Source: an uncultured Phycisphaerales bacterium (lineage in GTDB: Bacteria; Planctomycetota; B15-G4). From it: a stretch of 64,000 nt of DNA. Below are positions 19,698 through 29,123 of the stretch, piece by piece. Position numbers and translations under genes: made by a program. Within the stretch, counting starts at the first letter, position 1. Each line of letters opens with the position of its first letter. The stretch is taken from positions 19,558 to 83,557 of the forward strand of contig CAZBBB010000001.1 of assembly GCA_964490005.1 (NCBI GenBank), read 5' to 3'. The notes below the pieces were generated by a model. It saw nothing but the letters and a program-made list of their open reading frames with translations. It was not told the origin of the DNA and ran no database searches.

Positions 19698-20581
19698 ACG
19701 CCTTCGAGGCATGTCTCGAGGAGACGCGCGTCGAACTCGACGCGGCGCTCGACCGGTGGTTGCCCACGGTCGACCGGGAGGGCGATCTCGCCGCGGCCAT
19801 GCGGCACATCGTGTTCGCCGGCGGGAAGCGCTTGCGGCCCGCGCTGGCGCGTTGGGGCGCCGTGCACGTCGGCGGAACGGCGGGTGAGGCGCTCGGCGCG
19901 GCGGGAGCGCTCGAACTCGTCCACGCGTACTCGCTGCTGCACGACGACCTGCCGTGCATGGACGACGCGGCGCTGCGCCGGGGCCGCCCCTGCGCGCACG
20001 TCGTGTACGGCGAGGCCACCGCGCTGCTGGCGGGCGATGCGCTGCTCACGCTGGCCTTCGAGGTGCTCGTCGAGAACACGCCCGCGGATCGCCCCGTGGG
20101 GGAACTCGTGGCGACGCTCGCGCGCGCCGCGGGGTGGGCCGGCATGGTCGGCGGCCAGGTCGCCGATCTCGCGGCCGAAGGGCGGCCGCCGCACGTGTCG
20201 ATCGTGCGCTCGATCCACGAGCGCAAGACCGCCGCCCTGATCGGCGCGGCGTTCCGCATGGGGGCGCTGGCGGGCGGAGCGGCGGTGTCCGAGGCCGAGG
20301 CGCTCGAGCGCGCCGGGCACGACATCGGCCTGGCCTTCCAGATCGTCGACGACCTGCTCGACGTTCAGGGCACCAGCGCCGAACTCGGCAAGCCCGCCGG
20401 GGCGGACGAGGCCGCCGGGAAGATGACCTGGCCGGCCGCCGTGGGCGTACGGCGCGCCCGCGCCGATGCCGAGGCCCTCTTGGAGCGCGCCTCGCAGACG
20501 TTCTCCTCCGGCCCCGCGGCGGAGCAGTTCGCGGGGCTGAGGCGGATGCTCCTGCCGGGTGCGCACGAGCGCGCCACCTGA
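19694..20581 (+). CDS. ispA: Polyprenyl (FPP/GGPP) diphosphate synthase
   Basis: GGKRLRP, SLLHDDLPCMDDAALRRGRP (FARM), GMVGGQVAD, KTAAL and FQIVDDLLD (SARM). GTGA overlap. Confidence 0.93.
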   Translation: MNAFEACLEETRVELDAALDRWLPTVDREGDLAAAMRHIVFAGGKRLRPALARWGAVHVGGTAGEALGAAGALELVHAYSLLHDDLPCMDDAALRRGRPCAHVVYGEATALLAGDALLTLAFEVLVENTPADRPVGELVATLARAAGWAGMVGGQVADLAAEGRPPHVSIVRSIHERKTAALIGAAFRMGALAGGAAVSEAEALERAGHDIGLAFQIVDDLLDVQGTSAELGKPAGADEAAGKMTWPAAVGVRRARADAEALLERASQTFSSGPAAEQFAGLRRMLLPGAHERAT

Positions 20582-20641
20582 CCCGGACCCGCGCCGAACT
20601 TGGTACCGTAAGCGCGCTTCGCGTCACGCACCGGCCGCCCC

Positions 20642-22537
20642 ATGTCCCTGCTGCAACGCATCAACTCGCCCGAAGACCTGCGCCAGCTGTCCGTCGAGCA
20701 GCTTTCCCTCCTCGCCGAGGAGATGCGCGTCGACCTCATCGACGCCATCCAGCGGACCGGCGGACACCTGGGTTCGGGGCTCGGCGTGCTCGAGCTGACG
20801 ATCGCGCTGCATTACGTGCACGACTTCCGTCGTGATCGGCTGGTCTTCGACGTCGGCCATCAGTGCTATCCGCACAAGATGCTGACGGGGCGCCGTGATC
20901 GCCTGCGGACGATGCGCATGCTGGACGGCCTGTGCGGCTTCCCGCATCCCGACGAGAGCGAGTACGACCTGTTCCACACCGGCCACGCGGGAACGTCCAT
21001 CTCACTGGGCTTGGGGTTGGCGGCCGCCGACAAGGCTGCGGGCGAGGATCGTCGATCGGTGGTCGTGATCGGGGATGCCGGGTACGGGGCCGGGGTGGCC
21101 TTCGAGGCCATGAACGCGGCCGCGGAGGCCAAGGTCGACCTGCTCGTGATCCTCAACGACAACGAGATGAGCATCAGCCCGACCGTCGGCGCGATGTCGC
21201 GCTACTTCACGCGTGTCCGCACCGGGCCGCTCGTCACCGGCGCGAAGAAGGAACTCGCTGAGCTCATTCGGCACATCCCGGTGATCGGCGAGCGCGTGGA
21301 CCGCTCCATCCGGGAGAGCCTCGACGTCGTCAAGTCGGTGCTTGTCCCGGGGCACGTGTTCGAGGAGTTCGAGTTCACGTACTTCGGTCCGCACGACGGC
21401 CACGACCTGCCGCGCCTCGTGCACACGCTGCAGGACCTGCGCGCGCGTCCCGGCCTGACCCTGCTGCACGTGGTCACGCGCAAGGGGGCCGGCTGCGAAC
21501 TGGCCGCCCGGGACCCGCAGCGGCTGCACGGCGTCAAGGCCAGCGCGCCGCCCGGAGAGGCCGACAAGCCGGTCGGCGCTCCCGCTCCGAAGCGGCCTGC
21601 GTTCACGGACGTGTTCGCGGCGCGCCTCGTCGAGCGGGCGCGCGGCAACCCGCGCATCGTCGGCGTGACGGCGGCGATGCCCGATGGGACGGGCCTCAAG
21701 CACCTGGCCGATGCCTTCCCGGAGCGCTGCTACGACGTGGGCATCTGCGAGCAGCACGCCGTGGCGTTCGCGGGCGGCTTGGCCAAGGGTGGCCAGCTGC
21801 CCGTCGTCGCGATCTATTCCACGTTCCTCCAGCGAGGTTACGACGAGCTGTTCCAGGAACTGTTGATCCAGAAGGCTCGCGCGGTCCTGGCTCTCGATCG
21901 GGCCGGTCTCGTCGACGACGGCGCGACGCACCACGGGTTGTTCGACATCGCGTACCTGCGCACGATGCCGAACACGGTGCTGATGGCGCCGGCCGACGGC
22001 GCCGAACTCGAACTCATGGTGGACTTCGCGCTGGCGCATGACGGCGTCGTCGCGGTCCGCTACCCGCGGGACACGATCCCCGAGCCGGACGCCGCTCGGC
22101 CGGACCCGATCCGGCTCGGCCAGGGGGTGACTCTGCGCGACGGCGGCGATGTCGTGCTCGTGGCGTACGGCTCGATGGTGCGGCCGGCCCTCGCTGCGGC
22201 GGCGCTGCTGCACGCGGAGGGACTGGACGTCGGCGTCGTCAATGCACGGTTCGCGAAGCCGATCGACGTGGAGACGATCGTCGGCGCAGCCGCCGGAACG
22301 CGCCTGGTCGTCACGCTCGAAGAACACGCCGTGAGTGGAGGTTTCGGGTCAGCCGTCCTCGAGGCCTGTTCGGCGGCGGGGCGAGCCCTCCCGCGTACCT
22401 TGTTGGTCGGCGTTCCGGACGAGTTCGTGGAACATGGTGGGCGATCCGGCCTGCTCGACCGCATCGGCTTCACCCCCCGAGGCATTGCGGGTCGCGTGCT
22501 GGCCGCACTGGGGGACCCGGTGCTGGCGAGCGCCTGA
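20642..22537 (+). CDS. dxs: 1-deoxy-D-xylulose-5-phosphate synthase
   Basis: GGHLGSGLG, FDVGHQCYPHK, GHAGTSIS, IGDA...LNDNEMSI, DVGICEQHAV, YSTFLQRGYD and GATHHG. Confidence 0.97.
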   Translation: MSLLQRINSPEDLRQLSVEQLSLLAEEMRVDLIDAIQRTGGHLGSGLGVLELTIALHYVHDFRRDRLVFDVGHQCYPHKMLTGRRDRLRTMRMLDGLCGFPHPDESEYDLFHTGHAGTSISLGLGLAAADKAAGEDRRSVVVIGDAGYGAGVAFEAMNAAAEAKVDLLVILNDNEMSISPTVGAMSRYFTRVRTGPLVTGAKKELAELIRHIPVIGERVDRSIRESLDVVKSVLVPGHVFEEFEFTYFGPHDGHDLPRLVHTLQDLRARPGLTLLHVVTRKGAGCELAARDPQRLHGVKASAPPGEADKPVGAPAPKRPAFTDVFAARLVERARGNPRIVGVTAAMPDGTGLKHLADAFPERCYDVGICEQHAVAFAGGLAKGGQLPVVAIYSTFLQRGYDELFQELLIQKARAVLALDRAGLVDDGATHHGLFDIAYLRTMPNTVLMAPADGAELELMVDFALAHDGVVAVRYPRDTIPEPDAARPDPIRLGQGVTLRDGGDVVLVAYGSMVRPALAAAALLHAEGLDVGVVNARFAKPIDVETIVGAAAGTRLVVTLEEHAVSGGFGSAVLEACSAAGRALPRTLLVGVPDEFVEHGGRSGLLDRIGFTPRGIAGRVLAALGDPVLASA

Positions 22538-22684
22538 TCCGGGGCCGCGCGCTGTCAGCGCAGGGGCGAGGGGGGCGTCTCGCAGCCCGTCTCTGCTCCC
22601 GGGCGGTCCAGGGGCGATCCGTGCTTCGGGGCTCAGGTTCGGACCCCGCCCGGGCCGAAGTCTGAACTGCCCCCGTCCTTCGGA

Positions 22685-22690
22685 TAAACT
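22685..22690 (+). promoter_or_regulatory. Putative -10 element TAAACT, 7 nt before ATG 22698
   Basis: Read directly from the sequence. Confidence 0.5.
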
Positions 22691-22697
22691 CCGCTCC

Positions 22698-25600
22698 ATG
22701 CGCCCGCATCCGTTGATTCGGCTCTTCTCGGCAGTGTTGGTCCTGGTCAGCGGCGGGGCGGCGGCGCAGGTTCCCGGCGAATTTCCGCACCTCCGACTCA
22801 CGGACAACGTGTCGGTGGCCGTGCCTCCGCTGGCAGGGCCCTTCGACAACAGCCACGAGTTTCCCGTGCTGGCGGGCCAGCAGTTCACGGCACAGCTGAG
22901 CTACGCGTCGCTCGGACAGCCGAACACGAACGTGCTCTGGGCCCTCCTCGTCTCCCTGAACAAGACTCCCTTCCCGCAGACGAGTGTCCCCCCGCCGCTG
23001 TTCACCATGCCCCCGTTCTCCCTCATCCTTCCGACACCGGCCACGCTGAACGTCGCGGGCGCGGGCGCTTTGGACATGGTCATCCCGGCGGGCCTGCCGA
23101 GCGGTCTGATCCGCGTGCAGGGGGTGATCCATGACGTGACCTCCGCGCCTGCGTTGAGGTTGAGCAACGGCGTCACGATCAGCGTGCAGGTGCCCGCCTA
23201 CAACATCCGGATGCCGTTGATTCGCAACAAGGAGCTGGGCACGGCCGGTTCATTCGACACCTTTGGCCAGCTCTCGATCGCCGGTTCGCAGCTGAAGACG
23301 TTCACTCCGCTGGGTACGTCGCCACCACCGCAGCCGACGGATCCGCCCTACGCGCCGCCCAAGGCGGGAGTGACCGTCACGATGCAGCCCGGGCTGCTGG
23401 TCGACCGGCACGTGTTCCTGCCCATCCTCCCGAACAACGGCGCCGAGCCGATCAATCCTCTGGCGCGGCCGATGACGCGCATCACGGGGAGCGTGACGGG
23501 GACGGCGACGACGATCACGGTCGAGGACACTTCGTTCTTCCCGTCGCGCGGCCAGTTGCTCATCGCGTTCAACAACGCGAATCTCTGGGCCAACAAGACC
23601 AGCGGCGGGGCGGTCGCTCCGTTCGCCGAGGTCGTCAGCTACGAGGGCATCACGCCGACGAGCTTCCTGAATTGCCAGCGCAAGTTGCTCGGTTCCACCG
23701 GTGCGACGAGTTTCGCGCACGTCGCCGGCGAAGTCGTGCTGGGCGAGTACACGATGGCCACGACGGCGGATGCGCGCACGCGCACCCGGGTGGGGCTCGA
23801 CGCGGACAACGTCGACATGCCGCACGTGGTCATTCCGCCCTTCACCTTTACGCCCGTCGACGGCGGCCCGGTGACCATGGATCTCGACGTCTACCTCTAC
23901 GAGACCGTGACGGACAAGGTCCAGGGCTTCATGGTGTTCGATCGCGCGTCCGGGCAGTGGCGCCCCATTCCCGGCACCGAGCGCAACCCGTTCCAAGGGC
24001 GCTGGAATCCGATGGTCTGCGTCGCGCCCGATGGCCGCAGCCTGCTCGCGACGCTCAGCGTGCCCGGCGGCGTCCTCGGCTGGGACAACAAGGTCGATGA
24101 ACTGCACGCGCTGCGGCTTGACGGACTGAACTGGCCCGCCAGCGGGTCGCAGACCTGGTCGATCTCGTGGCAGGTCGAAGCCGACCCGGCCACGGTGTTC
24201 GTCGTCAGCGCCCGATCGCGGCGCGTCATCATGCGCTCGACCGCGATCATCGGTCCGAATCCCGAGAACTACGTGGCTTTCGTCGGCCTGGCCCACAAGT
24301 TCAAGCAGAGCACGCCGACGCCGGGAGCAAACTTCGAAACGGACAACGGCTTCGAGGGCGTGTGGGTCCGCGAGGAGGTCCTCGTGCGCGACCTGTTCGA
24401 GCTGCCGCTGGTGCCGCCGGGGTCGAGCAAGGCCGCGCCGACCATGCCGCGGCCGTGGATCACGACCCAGTTCGGCAACACGGCCTTCGGTGGAGAGGTC
24501 CGCCGTTTCGACCCCGAGGTCCTGCCTTCCGACGACAATACGCGGCTGTTCATCATCGGAGGGCGCAAGGACACCGAAGAGGCGGCCTTCGTCATCCGCA
24601 ACGTGGGCATCAACGCGGGCGGAGGAGTCGACAAGGTGCTCGTCGACGTCGTCGGCAGCGTGGACAAGCGCGAGATGCGGCCGCCGCGCCGCGGCGGCCA
24701 CGGCCGGGGCCGAACGGCGGCGTTCTCGCCGGATGGCTCGCGCGTCGCCTGGCTCGTCCGCGACACGGCCGCGAACACGCAGCGCAAGGACTGGATCAAC
24801 GTCGCGCTTTCCAGCGGCGCCAGCTTCGGACAAGTCCAGAACGTGTATCAGCTCGGCGCCGACTTCAAGGAGGCCGGTGCGCTCAAGACCGACCGTGTCG
24901 TCACCGGCCTGCGCTTCCTCGACAACAATCGGCTGCTGTTCATGATGGGGCGCAATCCCCACGACGACCCGTTGCCGACCTCCGCGAGCTTCCCGCCGGC
25001 GATGGACTTGTTCGTCTACGACATTCCGTCGAACCTGATCACGAATCTGACAAAGACAGACGGTTCGACGTCGGGCTTCGGAAACCTCGGGAAGATCAAT
25101 CCCGGCGGGTCCTTCGCGTCGTCCACGGGCGCCTTCACCTACTTCCTGAGGTTCGGTGGCAGCAGTTCGGTCGGCGGCTCGGCGTTGCCGCCGGGGACGC
25201 CCGTCACGAATCTCGTCGGCGTGAATTCGGACTCGCTGCAGGTTTTCGCGGTCAGCGGCGACGAATTCGGGCCGGGCGCCTTGATTCCGAATCTGAGGCT
25301 GCCCGACGCCGAGTGCGTCGCGCCCGTCGAGACGGCGGCCTCGCTGCGGCTGCTGCTGGGCGGCGGTGTCCAGGATGGCCTCGTCTGGGTCGTGTCCCAC
25401 CGCCAGGGCGGCAACGGTGCGGACGACATCTTCGCGTTCAACCGAGATGTGCCCTTCGTCAGCTTCGCGGCGACGGCCCATGCGACTCCGGGGACGCACG
25501 TCCGCAACGTCACGCCGAGCCCCTACTCCGGCAAGCTGGCCTTTTCGCGCACGTCGTCGACCTCGAAGATCCTCGCGGACGAGCATCCGTGGGTGATTGA

Positions 25601-25922
25601 CCTCGACAATTTCCTGTTTCTCCGCGACCTGGCGCCGACGCTGACCTTCAACGGAGCGACCCTCGGCCGGGTCATGGACGGCAGCTTCCAGTTCATCGCG
25701 CCCTCCGGGAATGCCGGCGAGGCGCTCGTCATGAGTCTCGGGATCGTGGCGCTCCCCGACACGGGCATCGCCAACTTCGCGGCACCGATCTTCTACCCGC
25801 TGGCGGCGGTCTCGAATCCGATCGCGGAGCCGATTCCGGTCCTCGTGCCGCTGATCAGCACCGCCCTGCTCGGCAACGACTTCCGGTTCTATCTGCCGGC
25901 CGCGGCACCGCTCACGCCTTGA
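22698..25922 (+). CDS. Large secreted multidomain hypothetical protein (~1074 aa; Ig-like N-domain plus probable beta-propeller)
   Basis: Signal peptide MRPHPLIRLFSAVLVLVSGGAAA-Q; TolB/WD-like blade motifs VAPDGRSL, AFSPDGSRVAW, ITNLT and PSPYSGKLAFS. ATG lies 7 nt after TAAACT. Confidence 0.75.
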   Translation: MRPHPLIRLFSAVLVLVSGGAAAQVPGEFPHLRLTDNVSVAVPPLAGPFDNSHEFPVLAGQQFTAQLSYASLGQPNTNVLWALLVSLNKTPFPQTSVPPPLFTMPPFSLILPTPATLNVAGAGALDMVIPAGLPSGLIRVQGVIHDVTSAPALRLSNGVTISVQVPAYNIRMPLIRNKELGTAGSFDTFGQLSIAGSQLKTFTPLGTSPPPQPTDPPYAPPKAGVTVTMQPGLLVDRHVFLPILPNNGAEPINPLARPMTRITGSVTGTATTITVEDTSFFPSRGQLLIAFNNANLWANKTSGGAVAPFAEVVSYEGITPTSFLNCQRKLLGSTGATSFAHVAGEVVLGEYTMATTADARTRTRVGLDADNVDMPHVVIPPFTFTPVDGGPVTMDLDVYLYETVTDKVQGFMVFDRASGQWRPIPGTERNPFQGRWNPMVCVAPDGRSLLATLSVPGGVLGWDNKVDELHALRLDGLNWPASGSQTWSISWQVEADPATVFVVSARSRRVIMRSTAIIGPNPENYVAFVGLAHKFKQSTPTPGANFETDNGFEGVWVREEVLVRDLFELPLVPPGSSKAAPTMPRPWITTQFGNTAFGGEVRRFDPEVLPSDDNTRLFIIGGRKDTEEAAFVIRNVGINAGGGVDKVLVDVVGSVDKREMRPPRRGGHGRGRTAAFSPDGSRVAWLVRDTAANTQRKDWINVALSSGASFGQVQNVYQLGADFKEAGALKTDRVVTGLRFLDNNRLLFMMGRNPHDDPLPTSASFPPAMDLFVYDIPSNLITNLTKTDGSTSGFGNLGKINPGGSFASSTGAFTYFLRFGGSSSVGGSALPPGTPVTNLVGVNSDSLQVFAVSGDEFGPGALIPNLRLPDAECVAPVETAASLRLLLGGGVQDGLVWVVSHRQGGNGADDIFAFNRDVPFVSFAATAHATPGTHVRNVTPSPYSGKLAFSRTSSTSKILADEHPWVIDLDNFLFLRDLAPTLTFNGATLGRVMDGSFQFIAPSGNAGEALVMSLGIVALPDTGIANFAAPIFYPLAAVSNPIAEPIPVLVPLISTALLGNDFRFYLPAAAPLTP

Positions 25923-26689
25923 GGACGTTCGAGCCGTCGTCCTTCTCCGGACGGCGTGTCGTGCTCGTGGCGCCGCACCCCGACGACGAAGTCTTCGGCG
26001 CCGGCGGCACTGCATGCCTGTTGGCACGCAGCGGGGCGCTCGTCGTGCCGGTGATCGTCGCGCGAGGCGACGGGGGAGTGACGGGCGGAGCGGACCCGGG
26101 CGAGCGGGAGGCGGAGTCCCGTCGCTGTTGCGAGATCCTCGGCCTCGGCGAACCGCACTTCCTGCGGCGGCCGTCGGGGGAGTTGCGTGAAGACCCGTCG
26201 CACGTCGCGGTCGGCCTGAGCGAGGCCTGCGGCCGGGATCCGGCGCACCTCGTCCTCGTGCCGTGGCCGCTCGAGCGCCACGCGACGCATCGTGCGACGC
26301 TCGCGGCGGGGTTGCTCGGCGTCGCCGCGCTGACATCGGCCACCTGGCTGGGTTACGGCGTGTGGGACGCCATTCCGGCGGACCCGGACGTGCTCGAGGT
26401 GGACGTCACGGCGGTGCGTTCGGAAAAGACCCGCGGCATGGCGGCGCACGTCAGCCAGAATCGTGATCGTGCACTGGCGGCCGGCATGGCGGCACGGGAC
26501 ATGTCCCAGGCCGTCTTCTCGCGGATCACGGGCGAGGACGCGCGCAAGTCGGTCGAGCGGCTCGTCGATCTCACCGAGCTCGCACGGGCTCCCCGACCCG
26601 AGTGCCGTCGCGACGTGTCGCTCCGAATCCGGGAGTGGGCCGCCGGGCGCGCGCTCCGACGGTGCGACGACCTCTGGCCCGTATCCTGA
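25919..26689 (+). CDS. PIG-L/LmbE-family deacetylase
   Basis: LVAPHPDDEVFGAGG, REAESRRCCEILG and HATH (HxxH). TTGA overlap with the upstream stop. Confidence 0.85.
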   Translation: MRTFEPSSFSGRRVVLVAPHPDDEVFGAGGTACLLARSGALVVPVIVARGDGGVTGGADPGEREAESRRCCEILGLGEPHFLRRPSGELREDPSHVAVGLSEACGRDPAHLVLVPWPLERHATHRATLAAGLLGVAALTSATWLGYGVWDAIPADPDVLEVDVTAVRSEKTRGMAAHVSQNRDRALAAGMAARDMSQAVFSRITGEDARKSVERLVDLTELARAPRPECRRDVSLRIREWAAGRALRRCDDLWPVS

Positions 26690-26695
26690 TCCGGA

Positions 26696-27586
26696 TCAGG
26701 CGGCGCGACGGCGGGCGCCGACCGCCAGCAGCGCCGCGATGAGGACCGCGAGCAGCACCGGCGGCGAGAACAGCAAGGCGACGGCTTCCGAGCCCGCGCC
26801 TCCCGCGAGCGAGTACGCAGGCGTGGCGTATCCGTCGAGGTCGGACACGCGCTCGATGAGCAGCGCGATGCGCCCCAGGACGGTGAAGCCGAACATGCTT
26901 CCGAACGTGATCATGAGCGTGACGACGCCGACGCGCGACACGGCCCTGAGCGCGGGGCCGCGCCGGAGCGTGAACAGGAAGTGCGCGAGCGCCGAGACGA
27001 GGCCGACGTAGAAGACGACCCGCGTCAGCGTGAACCAGAGCGCCGTCTCCTCGATCCGCGAGGCGTCGGCCATGCTCAGAGCCAGGGGATTGTCCATCGG
27101 CTGGATGGTGTTGGCGATCATCAACACGAGTTTGCTTTGCGTCTCGCCCGTCATCTTCAGGGCCGCGTAGACGCCGACCATGATGGCCAGCGGCCAGCGC
27201 GGGGCCCAGGACGAGGGCTTGAACAGGCGCACGAGCAGCATGAGCGCGAGGACCAGGGCGGTCACGCGCAGCCCGATCGCCAGCAGCGGGTCCAACGCGA
27301 TGCCCGCGAGCACCTGCGGCTCTCCCGCTGCGGCATGCTCGCGCGCCTGCGCGATGTACTCGAAGATCGGCTGCAGCACGCCCTCTTCGTAGTACTGCAA
27401 CGTGAAATACGCCGTTCCCAGTCCGACGAAGACGTGCTCGGCGAACTTGTAGAAGGGGTTGTCGCTGAAGAGGAAGCTGAAGACCGCCAGCGTGAAGAAG
27501 CACACGAGCCACGCCCCCAGCACATCGTTGGTGCCGGTGGGGTCGAGCGAGATGAAGGCCGGCGCGTCCTGGAGGGCGAGGATCAT
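26696..27586 (-). CDS. Polytopic membrane protein (~7 TM), glmL-operon subunit
   Basis: ATG 27586 overlaps the upstream stop (ATGA); TLAVFSFLFSDNPFYKFAEHVFVG and ITFGSMFGFTVLGRIALLIER; hydrophobic segments counted by eye. Confidence 0.75.
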   Translation of the reverse strand: MILALQDAPAFISLDPTGTNDVLGAWLVCFFTLAVFSFLFSDNPFYKFAEHVFVGLGTAYFTLQYYEEGVLQPIFEYIAQAREHAAAGEPQVLAGIALDPLLAIGLRVTALVLALMLLVRLFKPSSWAPRWPLAIMVGVYAALKMTGETQSKLVLMIANTIQPMDNPLALSMADASRIEETALWFTLTRVVFYVGLVSALAHFLFTLRRGPALRAVSRVGVVTLMITFGSMFGFTVLGRIALLIERVSDLDGYATPAYSLAGGAGSEAVALLFSPPVLLAVLIAALLAVGARRRAA

Positions 27587-28437
27587 GCCTTGGCTCCGCG
27601 CGTCCGGAAGTACAGCAGGTTGCCGATCACGATCAGGACGATGATCAGCATGTGGCCCCACGACTGCACCAGCATGCGGCGCTGGTTCTCGCGGGTGGTC
27701 GCGTGCAGTTCCGCATCATCGACGACCAGGCTGACCTTCTGCAGGTACTGCGTGGCGCCCGTGGCTGCGCCCAGGAAACCGCGCAGCTGCCGCGGGTAGA
27801 ACGCGAACAGGTCGGGCGTCTGCACCGCGGTCGTTCCGGAGAGCAGGGGCACGTTGTAACGGCCGCCGACCTGGGCGATCCATTCGAGGATGCCGGGGTA
27901 CCCGGCCGACATCGTGACGAGCAGGGAGATGCCCTGCATGTTGTCGCCGCAGGCAGCCAGCAGCGGCACCTGGTCGTAGGGCGTCCGGTCGCGCGCCTCG
28001 GCGGGGAAGGCCGATCGCAGCGACTGGCCGATCTGGCCCATCGCGACGTCGTCGCCGGGCTTGAATCCGAGTTCGACCCAATCGACGCCGTACTGCGCCT
28101 GGTACACGGGTGCGATCCGCGAGTAGGTCTGGCTGATGTAGGGCGGGGCCGCGGGCCAGGTCGTCAGGTTCACGACGCGCAGCTCGCGCGCGAGCAGGTG
28201 GTGGACCACGCCCTCGTACATGGGCAGGAGTTCGGCCGCGCTGGCCGGATCGAAGTCCGCGGAGAGCATGACGACCGACCCGGGCGGCAGAGCCTCGATC
28301 GTGGCGTGGAAGCTGTCGACGTACGGACTCGACGGCAACGGCGCAGCTCGGTCGGAGACGTACAGCCCGACCACGACGACGGCCATGGCCAGGAAGATCC
28401 AGCGGCGGTCGAACTCGCTCGTGAGAGCCATCGTCAT
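27583..28437 (-). CDS. Membrane protein with N- and C-terminal TM helices around an alpha/beta domain, glmL-operon subunit
   Basis: ATG 28437 (ATGA overlap); RRWIFLAMAVVVVGLYV TM, central SVVMLSADFDP...LLSGTTAV, C-terminal QSWGHMLIIVLIVIGNLLYF TM. Confidence 0.75.
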   Translation of the reverse strand: MTMALTSEFDRRWIFLAMAVVVVGLYVSDRAAPLPSSPYVDSFHATIEALPPGSVVMLSADFDPASAAELLPMYEGVVHHLLARELRVVNLTTWPAAPPYISQTYSRIAPVYQAQYGVDWVELGFKPGDDVAMGQIGQSLRSAFPAEARDRTPYDQVPLLAACGDNMQGISLLVTMSAGYPGILEWIAQVGGRYNVPLLSGTTAVQTPDLFAFYPRQLRGFLGAATGATQYLQKVSLVVDDAELHATTRENQRRMLVQSWGHMLIIVLIVIGNLLYFRTRGAKA

Positions 28438-29123
28438 TCCGAGAGGTAGCTGCGCTCGATGCCGAGCACGATGCGAAGTCCGGTGGCGAGCACGCCCATC
28501 GTGGCGCCCACGATGATCGCCGTCTGTCCGGCGCCGTTGACGTCCTTCATCAGAAAGGCCAGCGCGCGCGACGCGTAGCCGCCCGTGAGCTGATCTCCGA
28601 GCGGCACCTGGCCCAGCATGACGACCGTGCCCGCCGCCAGCAGCAGCGTCGATTCGAGCGAGCGGGCGCGGAAAGCCCGGAACGCCGCCGACGCGATGTA
28701 GAAGGCCAGCAGGCTGAACATGGTGGCCTGCAGCGGGATGAAGACCTTGCGGTAGACCCAGTCGCGCAGGGCGCGCTCGCCGTACTGCTCGGCGAGGGCG
28801 GTTCCCTCGAAGGCGCCGTGCATCTCGGCGAGGCCCAGACCGAGGTAGCCGAACAGGACGACCAGCAGCACGACCTTGTAGGGCCGGTCGCGATGGCCGC
28901 TGGCGATCTGCTTGAGGCTGATGCGCGCGAGGTTCGCGATGCCGAGGATGAAGGCGACCGAGAAGAAGATCAGCGCCCACTGCAGCAGTTCCGCGTTGAG
29001 GCCCTGCGCGACCGTCTCGTAGCCGACAGCCGTCGAACCGGGCGTCGCCGGCGGGGCGAAGAACGACCAGGTGATGATCAGGCCGCAGAGCACCGTGAGC
29101 AGGATCGGGATCTCGCGCTTCAC
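28434..29123 (-). CDS. Polytopic membrane protein (~6 TM), glmL-operon subunit
   Basis: GTGA overlap; PLQATMFSLLAFYIASAAFRAFRARSLE and GLRIVLGIERSYL motifs. Confidence 0.75.
   Translation of the reverse strand: MKREIPILLTVLCGLIITWSFFAPPATPGSTAVGYETVAQGLNAELLQWALIFFSVAFILGIANLARISLKQIASGHRDRPYKVVLLVVLFGYLGLGLAEMHGAFEGTALAEQYGERALRDWVYRKVFIPLQATMFSLLAFYIASAAFRAFRARSLESTLLLAAGTVVMLGQVPLGDQLTGGYASRALAFLMKDVNGAGQTAIIVGATMGVLATGLRIVLGIERSYLSE

Noticed and set aside
22634-22670. ggttcggaccccgcccgggcc, resembling a tRNA T-arm or att remnant
   Set aside because: The T-stem does not pair and it does not match the 3' ends of the three tRNAs here. Only a weak gttcgga/tctgaac inverted repeat is present.
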